NCBI GenBank assembly: GCA_977017575.1
Contig: CDRNVI010000167.1
Coordinates: 96,963 to 160,962, forward strand
From: Paramoeba atlantica
Lineage: Eukaryota > Protista > Discosea
DNA length: 64,000 bases
Reading direction: 5' to 3'
The notes beneath the pieces were generated by a model. That model saw only the letters and a list, made by a program, of their open reading frames with translations. It was not told where the DNA came from and searched no databases. Positions 46,001 through 56,800 of the stretch are shown here, piece by piece. Numbering within the stretch: position 1 is the first letter of the stretch; each line of letters opens with the position of its first letter. Position numbers and translations under genes: made by a program.

Positions 46001-48177
46001 ACCCACTCGTTCACTCACTCCATAACCTTTCCTTTCAATTTCTCAGGGATCGGATACTGTGGCACAAACTTTGGAGTGTCTTCTTTCAAAGAAATTTTAA
46101 ACTCAGAACCTGGGAGCACACAATGAGAATTTTCTTGCAGTCTCTGGTTTTCCTTCAAAGCATCATCAATACTCTGAATAAACAACTTGACTAACTCATC
46201 ATCCCATTGCTCCTCTTGACTCTGATCCTCATCATCATCCAACCACTGCCGATCATTGACTTGGACTTGATGAGCAATACTTGGGAAGACCGCTTCAATT
46301 CCTTGAACAGTCACCCCCAACCGCTTTGCATCTTCATGATGAATCAACAAATGATTACCAGTCAAGGCTGGATTTCTCCAAACCTTAACTACAGTTGCAT
46401 AAAACAAAGTATATGCAGCAACCATCTTAAAATGAGTAAGTGTCTGTACTGCAGCACCAATGCCACCAGACCGATGCTTCCCTTAACCTTCTTCACCTTC
46501 CAACTGATCCCATAATCTTGAATCAGCCATCATCACTGTAACTGCTGAATCATGGATAGTCCAAATATCCAGTGATTTCAAATCACCCCACGTAATTGGA
46601 ACATATAATTTCATCGAATCTGGAGGTGGTGAAATTGGGCCAAGAGCATTCTCCTCACTCACACTGAGAGGTGAATTAACATCTCTCAAAAATTGTTTAT
46701 ACATCTTGTCTTCTTCCATTGAAGATGAAGCACTGGCATCAGCACTGGTTCCTTCCTCCAGTAGCAGAAAACAACCATCTTTGGGAGTCGAGCATTCAGA
46801 ACAGTCTTTCTTCTTGTGATCAGGTTGCAAACATTTGATACACAAATTTTTTTCTTTGATCTCTTTCCAAGAAATTTTTTTCTCCTTCACACTCTCGTTC
46901 CCATTCTCATTCGAAGACATCAATGAAGACAGCAGTTTCTTCTTGTAACACTGACTTTCCGAATGGCCAGTTTTCTTACAAAATGCACAAGTTGCCTTTT
47001 TCTTTAGCACCTTTGCATCCTCCTTCAACAAAACAAACTGGTCTGTGTCTTCAACCTCAAAGGCATGGTCCACTAAAACTCTTCAATGAACCTCCTGGTC
47101 ATGCTCAAACGCTTGACCAAAATTCCTCGCCCAAAATAATTCATATTCTGTGCAAGAATTCTCTCGGAGCTTTAATTTTGCTTCTTTCGAATTCAAATCC
47201 AACCGAAGCTCCAACAGAAACCAAGAGAGTCGCTTTGCAAATTTCTTTATACATTCTGACTCCTCCTGAACCACCGAACCCAAGAGTCCTTCCACCTTCT
47301 GACTGAAGTTGGCTCCCAAATTCGATTTTTTTAAAAACTTAAACGTCTGGTTCACCGTCCAATCTGAGGTATCTGACTGTATAAAATCAGACTTCGTTGT
47401 TCCAGATACTGCCTGCAAGAGATACTTCTTCTGCACCCCCTCTTGCAAACCTTCAGCCTTCATCAAAATCTTAAACAAAAACTGAAACTCAAGGACTTTT
47501 GCAACGTCCTTCGTTGGGGTTTTTAATTTTGATAGATTGTCAAGTTTCTTTAACCAATCTCCCGAGCCCGTGGATGATTCAAACAAACCAACTGAAGGAT
47601 TAGCTACTCCCCTTGGTATTCTGGCTCGCCTCCTTGAATCACTCCCACTCGAGGAAGAATGATCTGACGCAGACTGCTCCCTCTTCATCACATGAAAATC
47701 TGATTCCGACTCAGTTGAAGAAGTGGCTTCCTTCTCTTCCAACTTTGTCATTCTTCTTCCAGGAATTCTCAAATTCTCTGGAACACCTGAAGGTCCTACT
47801 CAACTTCTTATGTCTGAGTACTCAGGTTCTGATGTCTCAAATTTTGTCTCATGAGCCAATGTTTGTTTCAAGAGCTTCAACGTAACTTGAATCGTAGAAA
47901 TTCGCTTCTGCAAACTTGCAATGGCCTCTTCATGAAACTCACCCTCATCTAGATTGAGATTAATCACCTGATCCATTAATGTGAGTTCAAGTTTCCTCAG
48001 TTTGTCATAACGCTGGACAACTTCAGACTCCAGTGACCTTGACAAGACTGATAACAACAACTCAGACAATGACATCTGTTCAATTTCACTTTCCACATCT
48101 TGATCCTCTTGTTCCAAACTAAGGGGCGTCTCATGGGCCTCCTCCTTTGCTGACTCCATAGAGAAAAAGTTTTCCAA
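43023..48177 (-). pseudogene. gag-pol: Gypsy-B gag-pol with chromodomain (a few stops, one LINE insertion)
   Basis: CAFCKKTGHSESQC, CIKCLQPDHKKKDC, MPFGLKGA, YLDN, ATDVSQYAVGAVL, HEESHAG...CRGCVVC, GMDF/QSDQ/AVER, and YEFEKIL...EYLVKWKYYDETSW. Confidence 0.93.
44686..45036 (-). mobile_element. 5'-truncated LINE 3' end (third family) with A22 tail and 16-bp TSD
   Basis: TCATTGCCCTGCTTGA at 44670-44685 and 45037-45052; T-run 44686-44707; AATAAA 9 nt before the tail; translation IIENF...FDWS weakly resembles the end of LINE-A ORF2. Confidence 0.9.
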
Positions 48178-48218
48178 AAAAAAATGGATTTACAACTGAT
48201 TAAACTTGATACACATAA

Positions 48219-48229
48219 GGAAAAGACCA
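48219..48229 (-). promoter_or_regulatory. Putative PBS TGGTCTTTTCC of Gypsy-B (possibly tRNA-Tyr)
   Basis: Follows the 5' LTR after a T6 spacer. The implied primer end GGAAAAG-A-CCA has G72/A73, as in eukaryotic tRNA-Tyr (inference). Confidence 0.5.
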
Positions 48230-48235
48230 AAAAAA

Positions 48236-48542
48236 AGTTGAGTCCTCTACAGAATAGTATAGAGATAGAGACAAGAACAGAGAACAAGAACAAAGAACAA
48301 AGAAAGAACAAGCTTGGTTCAATGTCTTTTATCAAATGCGTTCCAAAAGCCAAAAAGAACAAAAGAAAGTTTACACTCTTTCGCCCACAAATGGGTCCAA
48401 AGAACAAAACCTCTTTTGTACAAAAAAGGGCAACAAATAATTTACAATTATTCACAATCGGAAAACACACACAAAACAGTTCAGTGTTTCCACTCACCAA
48501 CAAAATGACAAAGTCAACAAAACCAACTATGACAACCCAACA
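48236..48542 (-). repeat. Gypsy-B 5' LTR
   Basis: Direct repeat of 42612-42918. Confidence 0.95.
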
Positions 48543-49341
48543 CAAATACTCTACTTTGCAAGTGTTTTATAATGACTTTAAGCATGTAAATCTCTGCATT
48601 GGGGAATTTGGAGATGTGATTATTGGTTTGAAAGTTAAAGGTAGATTTGAAACAATTCCATTAAGTTTAAATAACTTGAGTGAGTTTTTAAGATGCTTCG
48701 TTGGTCTACAATAAGTTATTGGTTTTAGACAACACGTAGAGATGGTGAGAGATTGTAAAATTTTAACTGAGGTAGTATCTAAAATGAAGTTAATTAATAA
48801 TTTTGAATTCAATGAGATTTTATCTGAGATTAGAAATATTGTTAAAAGTAAATTTATCAAAGTGAAGTATACTTATGTGTATCATAAATTCAATAAAAGA
48901 TCAGATGTGATTATAACAACAATAAGTTACTTTGAAAAAGATGAAATGGAAGCTATATTTAATAAGAACTAAGATTCAAGATTAAAGCAACTAACAACAA
49001 TTAGTGAAGAATGGATTATTGAAAATTCCAAGTTATGAAAATGGATGATGAAACCATTAGATTTAAATTAAAGCTTCCTTATAAAGAAAGTTCAGTTTAA
49101 GAGGAGGTTTAAGAATAAAATGATTATAATTAATAATATTTACTTTCTAGTACAAGCTGTATTAGATGGGTTAATAATTTTTCTTATATTTATTTCAAAT
49201 AATATTATTAAGTGGTTTCTTAAAAAAGTTGCATTTGGTGAAATGTTAGAAAGTTTTGTTGAGAAAAAAAACCAAAAGTAGAGAAAAAAGTATGAGCAAG
49301 CAAAAAACTACTAGTTGAAAAGTGTAATAAGATTTTCTATT

Positions 49342-50563
49342 GTGGCCTATTCCCTGGTTTTTTTTGAAAGAATTATTCCTTAGAAAAACATCAAAAATTC
49401 CCCTTTTTTGAAACTACTTTTTTGGCTGTGAGAAAAAAAAGAAAAAAATGAAATTTATTTTTTTTTATTTCTTTTAAGGTAGTTGTGGACTCCAACTGCC
49501 AAGTATACAATGTACATTTGTTATTTTTCATCCTCCCAAAATATCTCCTCCAGTACCTTCCATCTATTTTATACTGAACCAAAAGGAGTTTCTGCTTGAG
49601 TTCAGAGATGATTCACATTTTTGTTCTACTTCTCTTGTTCTTCAGTTAGAACTGCTGCTCTTTGGGATAAATCAGAAGAAAGATGGGGATCAACTTTTCT
49701 TTTCCCTCCTCAAGGTTTGATAACTGGGGTATAAAACTTGACATCATATTCACCATTTACTGCTTTAAAAGTTTTGTTAGCTGTTTCATAATGAGTATTA
49801 GCAATGATATAAACCTTTTAAAATTATCAATCAAGTCCTATTTAACAAGTTTTACCCACTCCCCATCATACACTTTCAGACTATATCCACCTCAAATCCT
49901 TTGAACAATCTTATTTCTATCAAAAAGAAATTGAAACCTTTGGGCAAAGCCATTTACCTTGTAACTCCAAGTTTGACTCTTTTTAGAAGTGGACTGTTTT
50001 TTGAATAATTGGAAGTCTGCTGAATTAAAAGAAAGATTTACTTTCTTCAATCCCCTTCTTTTGGAAAAATTCTTTGTTTGTTCATTCCAACTTTGTTGCT
50101 CCTCATTTTTGATCTAAGGAACTGCTCAATGAAGAAGAAAATAGTGGATCAACTTTGTGTTGTGGGCCAAACACTTTGTATAGAAAGCAAAAGTAAATTT
50201 AACATTCTTTTCAATCCATAAATAATCAACTCCTTTAAGGTTCTTGAAAAAGCAGAAAGTGATCATCTTCTCAGTGAACCCTCTTGGCTGTTTAAGATTC
50301 CACAGTTTTGTTATATCCTCTTGCCTTTTTAAAAACTCAATCAACTTAGCAAGTAGGTTCTTTGAAAGCTTTGTTTCAACAATCTATTTTATATTTGAGA
50401 AAGAGAGAGGTTTGGAGACAACCTTTCCCAGCAATGAAACAATTTTCTTTCTTTATTTCTTTTTCACTAAAACCATCACAGCCAAAAAGCAGCCAAAAAA
50501 AGAGGGTTTTTTTGATATTTTTGTAGAGAATAATCCCTTCAAAAAAACCAAGGAATAGGCCAC
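49342..50563 (-). mobile_element. Decayed IS5/PIF-Harbinger/ISL2EU-like DNA transposon (1222 bp), about 90-bp TIRs, probable 3-bp TSD ATT
   Basis: Imperfect TIRs 49342-49431 and 50476-50563 (GTGGCCTATTCC...); ATT at 49339-49341 and 50564-50566. Confidence 0.8.
49460..50440 (-). pseudogene. DDE_Tnp_4-like transposase pseudogene
   Basis: Manual translation: F(N)SADF...WSYKVNG...GGYSLKVYDG...IA(N)THY...LTEEQEK*NKNVNHL*TQAETPFGSV*NRW...AVGVHN; most stops fit C>T or G>A. Confidence 0.75.
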
Positions 50564-50914
50564 ATTATAAAGAAGATTATTAGATCTATTAAGGTTGATG
50601 AGAAAAAAAGAATTTTAAAAAAGATTGAAATAAGAAATAAAAAAATATATTAAAACTTTTAACTATTAAATTAGTATTGAAGTGGGTTAATTTTACTTGA
50701 TTATAACAATTTAATTTAAGTATATTCTTAAATATCTAAATTACATTTTATTTCAATAAATAATATTTTTGATATTTAAATTAAAAAAAAAAAATTTCTT
50801 TAATTAATTTATTTTATGATTTTTTTTTTAAGTAAAAAATTTAAATTTAAAGAAATTAATTTTTAAGATTATTTCTTTTTTTTTTTTTTTTTGATTTTTC
50901 ATTTTTTTATTGTT

Positions 50915-53390
50915 GATTATTTCCCAATCACTTTTTTCAATGTATAATTCAATATTTGTATTATTTTCATTTTTTCTCAATTGTTATTTAGTTTTTGATG
51001 TTTAAAAGTTCATTTCCAGACAAGTTACAAATAAAATTGTATTTTTTACACAATTTTACAATCTATTTGACTTATTTACAAAAAAAAAAACATATTTCCC
51101 TTTGTTTTTGATCATTTCCCAACCACTTTTTTCAATGTCTATTTGTATTATTTTCATTTTTTCTCAATTATTATTCAATTTTTGATGTTTAAAAGTTCAT
51201 TTCCAAACAAGTTACAAATAAAATTGAATATTTTACTCAATTTTACAATTTATTTGATTTATTTACAAAAAAAAAAATATATTTCCCTTTGTTTTTGATT
51301 ATTTCCCAATCACTTTTTTCAATGTATAATTCAATATTTGTATTATTTTCATTTTTTCTCAATTGTTATTTAGTTTTTGATGTTTAAAAGTTCATTTCCA
51401 GACAAATTACAAATAAAATTGTACTTTTTACACAATTTTACAATTTATTTGACTTATTTACAAAAAAAAAAACATATTTCCCTTTGTTTTTGATTATTTC
51501 CCAACCACTTTTTTCAATGTTTATTTGTATTATTTTCTATTTTCATTTTTTCTCAATTGTTATTTAGTTTTTGATGTTTAAAAGTTCATTTCCAGACAAG
51601 TTACAAATAAAATTGTATTTTTTACACAATTTTACAATCTATTTGACTTATTTACAAAAAAAAAAACATATTTCCCTTTGTTTTTGATCATTTCCCAACC
51701 ACTTTTTTCAATGTCTATTTGTATTATTTTCATTTTTTCTCAATTATTATTCAATTTTTGATGTTTAAAAGTTCATTTCCAAACAAGTTACAAATAAAAT
51801 TGAATATTTTACTCAATTTTACAATTTATTTGATTTATTTACAAAAAAAAAAATATATTTCCCTTTGTTTTTGATTATTTCCCAATCACTTTTTTCAATG
51901 TATAATTCAATATTTGTATTATTTTCATTTTTTCTCAATTGTTATTTAGTTTTTGATGTTTAAAAGTTCATTTCCAGACAAGTTACAAATAAAATTGTAC
52001 TTTTTACACAATTTTACAATTTATTTGACTTATTTACAAAAAAAAAAACATATTTCCCTTTGTTTTTGATTATTTCCCAACCACTTTTTTCAATGTTTAT
52101 TTGTATTATTTTCTATTTTCATTTTTTCTCAATTGTTATTTAGTTTTTGATGTTTAAAAGTTCATTTCCAGACAAGTTACAAATAAAATTGTATTTTTTA
52201 CACAATTTTACAATCTATTTGACTTATTTACAAAAAAAAAAACATATTTCCCTTTGTTTTTGATCATTTCCCAACCACTTTTTTCAATGTCTATTTGTAT
52301 TATTTTCATTTTTTCTCAATTATTATTCAATTTTTGATGTTTAAAAGTTCATTTCCAAACAAGTTACAAATAAAATTGAATATTTTACTCAATTTTACAA
52401 TTTATTTGATTTATTTACAAAAAAAAAAATATATTTCCCTTTGTTTTTGATTATTTCCCAATCACTTTTTTCAATGTATAATTCAATATTTGTATTATTT
52501 TCATTTTTTCTCAATTGTTATTTAGTTTTTGATGTTTAAAAGTTCATTTCCAGACAAGTTACAAATAAAATTGTACTTTTTACACAATTTTACAATTTAT
52601 TTGACTTATTTACAAAAAAAAAAACATATTTCCCTTTGTTTTTGATTATTTCCCAACCACTTTTTTCAATGTTTATTTGTATTATTTTCTATTTTCATTT
52701 TTTCTCAATTGTTATTTAGTTTTTGATGTTTAAAAGTTCATTTCCAGACAAGTTACAAATAAAATTGTATTTTTTACACAATTTTACAATCTATTTGACT
52801 TATTTACAAAAAAAAAAACATATTTCCCTTTGTTTTTGATCATTTCCCAACCACTTTTTTCAATGTCTATTTGTATTATTTTCATTTTTTCTCAATTATT
52901 ATTCAATTTTTGATGTTTAAAAGTTCATTTCCAAACAAGTTACAAATAAAATTGAATATTTTACTCAATTTTACAATTTATTTGATTTATTTACAAAAAA
53001 AAAAATATATTTCCCTTTGTTTTTGATTATTTCCCAATCACTTTTTTCAATGTATAATTCAATATTTGTATTATTTTCATTTTTTCTCAATTGTTATTTA
53101 GTTTTTGATGTTTAAAAGTTCATTTCCAGACAAGTTACAAATAAAATTGTACTTTTTACACAATTTTACAATTTATTTGATTTATTTACAAAAAAAAAAA
53201 CATATTTCCTTTTGTTTTTGATTATTTTCCAACCACTTTTTTCAATGTTTATTTGTATTATTTTCTATTTTCATTTTTTCTCAATTGTTATTTAGTTTTT
53301 GATGTTTAAAAGTTCATTTCCAAACAAGTTACAAATAAAATTGTACTTTTTACACAATTTTACAATTTATTTAACTTATTTATAAAAAAA
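50915..53390. repeat. AT-rich satellite: 13 monomers of 187-195 bp organised as a 576-bp trimeric higher-order repeat
   Basis: Monomer starts 50915, 51110, 51297, 51492, 51686, 51873, 52068, 52262, 52449, 52644, 52838, 53025, 53220; variant order A B A C B A C B A C B A C. Confidence 0.95.
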
Positions 53391-53391
53391 A

Positions 53392-53551
53392 CTAAAAAAC
53401 TAAAAAACTAAAAAACTGAAAAACTGAAAAACTGAAAAATTGGAAAATTGGAAAATTGGAAAATTGGAAAATTAGAAAATTGGAAAATTGGAAAATTGGA
53501 AAATTGGAAAATTGGAAAATTGGAAAATTGGAAAATTGAAAAATTAAAAGA
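53392..53551. repeat. 8-bp tandem array, 20 units, TTGGAAAA core
   Basis: CTAAAAAA x3, CTGAAAAA x3, TTGGAAAA x11 with one TTAGAAAA, then TTGAAAAA and TTAAAAGA. Confidence 0.95.
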
Positions 53552-53846
53552 ATTGAACTTGAGACTTCAAAAATGAGAAATTGAAGAAAAGAACAACTAA
53601 ACTATCATACTCATCTTTAAAAAAACAAAAAAATAAGAAAGTTAATGAGATTAGTTTAAATTTTTTTTTATTTTTTCTCTTTTAACATCATTTCTTTTGT
53701 ATTAATCTTTTATATTTCTTCTTCAAAATAAAATCTAAAACTAATATCTTTTTCACTACTTTTTAAATTAAAAACTTTTCAAAATATTATTTTATCATAT
53801 AAAAAAGTTTTTTATTCAAACTTTAAATCTTAATTAAGTTTAAAAA

Positions 53847-56800
53847 AATATTCAAATATGAAATATTATAAATATATATAACATCTTTATTTAAATTCTT
53901 GTTGAATTCAATTCAATTAATTAAAGTTCATTATCATTAATATTCTTATTACTACATTTTCTTTTCTTCACTTTTCCACTTCTTGATTTTCCCAGTTTTC
54001 AATTGTACTTCTTTAAACTATTGAAACCTTAGAAGTAAAATAAAATCTACCTTGGTAATGCTTCAATTTGAATAACCAATAGAAGAAGCATTTGATCTTG
54101 AGAAATTGCTTAGAGAAAACTCCAAGCAGAACAATTGGTGAAGGCAATTCATTTCCTGGTTGTACAAAATGAAGAGTTGGTGTGAATAAAGAAGGAGTTT
54201 TTAAAGATGAAAGAATCAAATTACAAATCTTAGAAACAACATTGGAAATTGGTAATTAAAGATGTGAATTTCCAAAACCCAGTCCAAGCTTCTCAATTTT
54301 GCATCTAAAAAAAGAGTATTAAACAAGATATTTGACCAAACATACTTGAGTTCAGAAAACAAATCAAGTTTGCAAGGGCAATTGAAAGTCATTAGGCCAA
54401 AAGTTGGATGGATTACCTTTGAATTTGTTGTGTACCCTTAATAGATTCTTTGGTGAGAAAGTTGTCCTTATGGAACAGCAGAAGTTTGATCTTTTTTGAG
54501 TACCTGATAAAAAAGTTACTAATCAAGAATTTCAGGTGGTAACTACAGAATATTTGCACCTGTTCTTGAAGATAAGAGAAACTCCCTTTCAGGAAATCTA
54601 TGTGAAGGAAGCAATGTGAGAATTCAAAAATCCAATCTTCCAAGGTCTAAATAAAGTGTCTGTTAGGGGGGGAACAGATGAGTATTAAAGAACCAAAGAA
54701 AAATTGAAGAGGAGTGAACCAATAACCTGTTTTCTTTCATCCCTGGATGAGCACTGTGGATAGATATGGTGATGCTGCAGCAAGGAAATATAAACATATG
54801 AGTCTTGTTAATTGGAACAAAAGAGTTCCAAGAAAGAGAGGATGTGGGGATTTCAGTTGGAAAATACTTTACTTGTGAACTCCTTGGATGTGGGATATTA
54901 ACTCTTGAAGAACTTAAAGAAAAAGCAAATGGTTTGTCAATTCTTTTAAGAGTAAAAAGGAATTTACTCAAAATACTTGGCAACAAGACAAGATGGTGGT
55001 CAAGATGAGTGAAAATGGCTTCACAATCCATATTGGCAACCTAGTAAGAGACTTGAATCCTAAAATATACCAAATAAATAATAAACTGTTCAACATACCT
55101 TGCATGGTCAATGATATTTACTACACAAGCACTTTGTGATTCTAGGGCTTGCAGGATAGATGTTGTGGCAAGAACATTCCTGAATAAAGCAATTCCCAAA
55201 CTTTGGAGACCATTACAAAGGAAATTACATTTCCTTAGCTGACAAATCATCAATAATGCCAACTGAAGAAGTTCACTCCTTCCCAATCCCAGAGAGATTG
55301 GAGAATTAAAAATAACTACACAAACAAGATTGGATCCTAGATCAATCTTAGCAGTTGAGGTCAGACAGAAAAAAAAAGCTCTACAACTGAGATTTGATCA
55401 TGTGAGACAATATATCTACACTACTTGAATTGAGATTATGAATGTTGGAAATACCTCATTCTCACTTGAAAAAGGGTCTACATGTTGTAAAACACATTAA
55501 TGTTACAGAAAAGAATGCAGAACAAACCATTGCAAAACCTCTTGATAAAAGACCAGTAAAACTTCACCAAAAGAAGTCAGATGAAAGAATGTATAAAGAT
55601 AAATTGGTCACTCCAGAACTACAGCCTCAAGAGGACTGCCATGGAATGGCAAAACACATGTGCAATCAAGGAGGTTGGGGATTCTCAGAAGAAATAGCAT
55701 CAATGTTCTTTAGCAAATATCCTGTTGAGAGATGGTCAGAAAAATCTGGAAGAAGATGAAAAGATGATTCCAGAGGAATATGAGGAGTTCACAAAGAAAA
55801 CTGACCTCACTCTTAGTGATCTCAATCTTGATCAAATGATTCAACTCTGTAAACTCTTTGAAAAATACAAAGAAATGTGGGACATACTTAGCAATGCTCC
55901 AATCATGCATACAGATGCAACAGAGTTCAAAATTGAACTTAAAGATGAAACTCAAAAGCCTTTTAGATGAGCTTATTATACAAAGGACAATTGAAGAGAA
56001 TCAAATCCAAGAGATGGCCAAGAGAAGAGTCATCCAATCATCAAATTCACCATGTTAGTGGCAAAAAAGCAAATGAAAAAGTCTGATTCTGTGTGGATTA
56101 CAGAGAATTAAATGAAAGGACTAAGAAATGGAGTTATCTAATACCAAAAAAATTAATGATGTGTTGTCATACCTGGGTGAATCTTCATTCTTTTCAACAT
56201 TGGATATGACTGCAGCATTTTAGTCAATCCCAATCCAAGAGGAGGACAAGGGAAAAATGGCTTTTGTTCACAATTCAGGCTGTGGGAATGGAATTCAATG
56301 CCATTTGGATTAACAAATGCTCTGGCAACACAGCAACATTTTATAGATACAATACTTGCTGGCTTGCAATGATATATATCTGTATTAATTATGTTGATGA
56401 CATAGTTATCTTCTCAAAAACCTTTGAGAAACATATTCAATCACTAGTAGAGAAAGTGCTGGATAGATTAAAGGAAAATAAGTTGCAAATTAACCTGAGT
56501 AAAGTGGTGAAAGATCTTTCACATTACTTGGATATACAGCAACAAAGGATGGAATTTTGGCTAATGACAAGAAAGTCAAGGCCATAAAACATTTTCCACA
56601 ACCAACCAATCAAAAGGAATTACAATCACTCTTAGGATTGGTTAGTTGGTGTAGGAGATTCATCCACAATTGTTCTCAAAAAACATACCACCTTCGAGAA
56701 TTACTGCTACAACCATTATTTGAATGGGTTAAGAAGGCAGATAATGAATTTCAGGAAATGAAGGAAACAATTGCAAGAATACCAATGCCAAATTTCAGAA

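Larger units (their letters stand above)
42612..48542 (-). mobile_element. Ty3/Gypsy chromovirus-type LTR retrotransposon family B, full length, TSD CAAAT
   Basis: 307-bp LTRs with 6 differences; CAAAT at 42607-42611 and 48543-48547; gag with two CCHC knuckles, RT, RNase H, integrase, chromodomain. Confidence 0.96.
40150..49165 (+). mobile_element. Decayed LINE-A fragment (RT to RNase H and 3' end), interrupted by Gypsy-B
   Basis: 40150-42611 aligns to about 18742-21205 and 48543-49165 to about 21200-21828. Confidence 0.9.

Noticed and set aside
50915-53390. CRISPR array
   Set aside because: There are no unique spacers (whole monomers repeat), no cas genes, and the context is eukaryotic.
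53440-53535. Telomere or interstitial telomeric repeat
   Set aside because: TTGGAAAA lacks the run of three or more G typical of telomeric repeats I know, and nothing here marks a chromosome end. It is kept only as an unexplained array.
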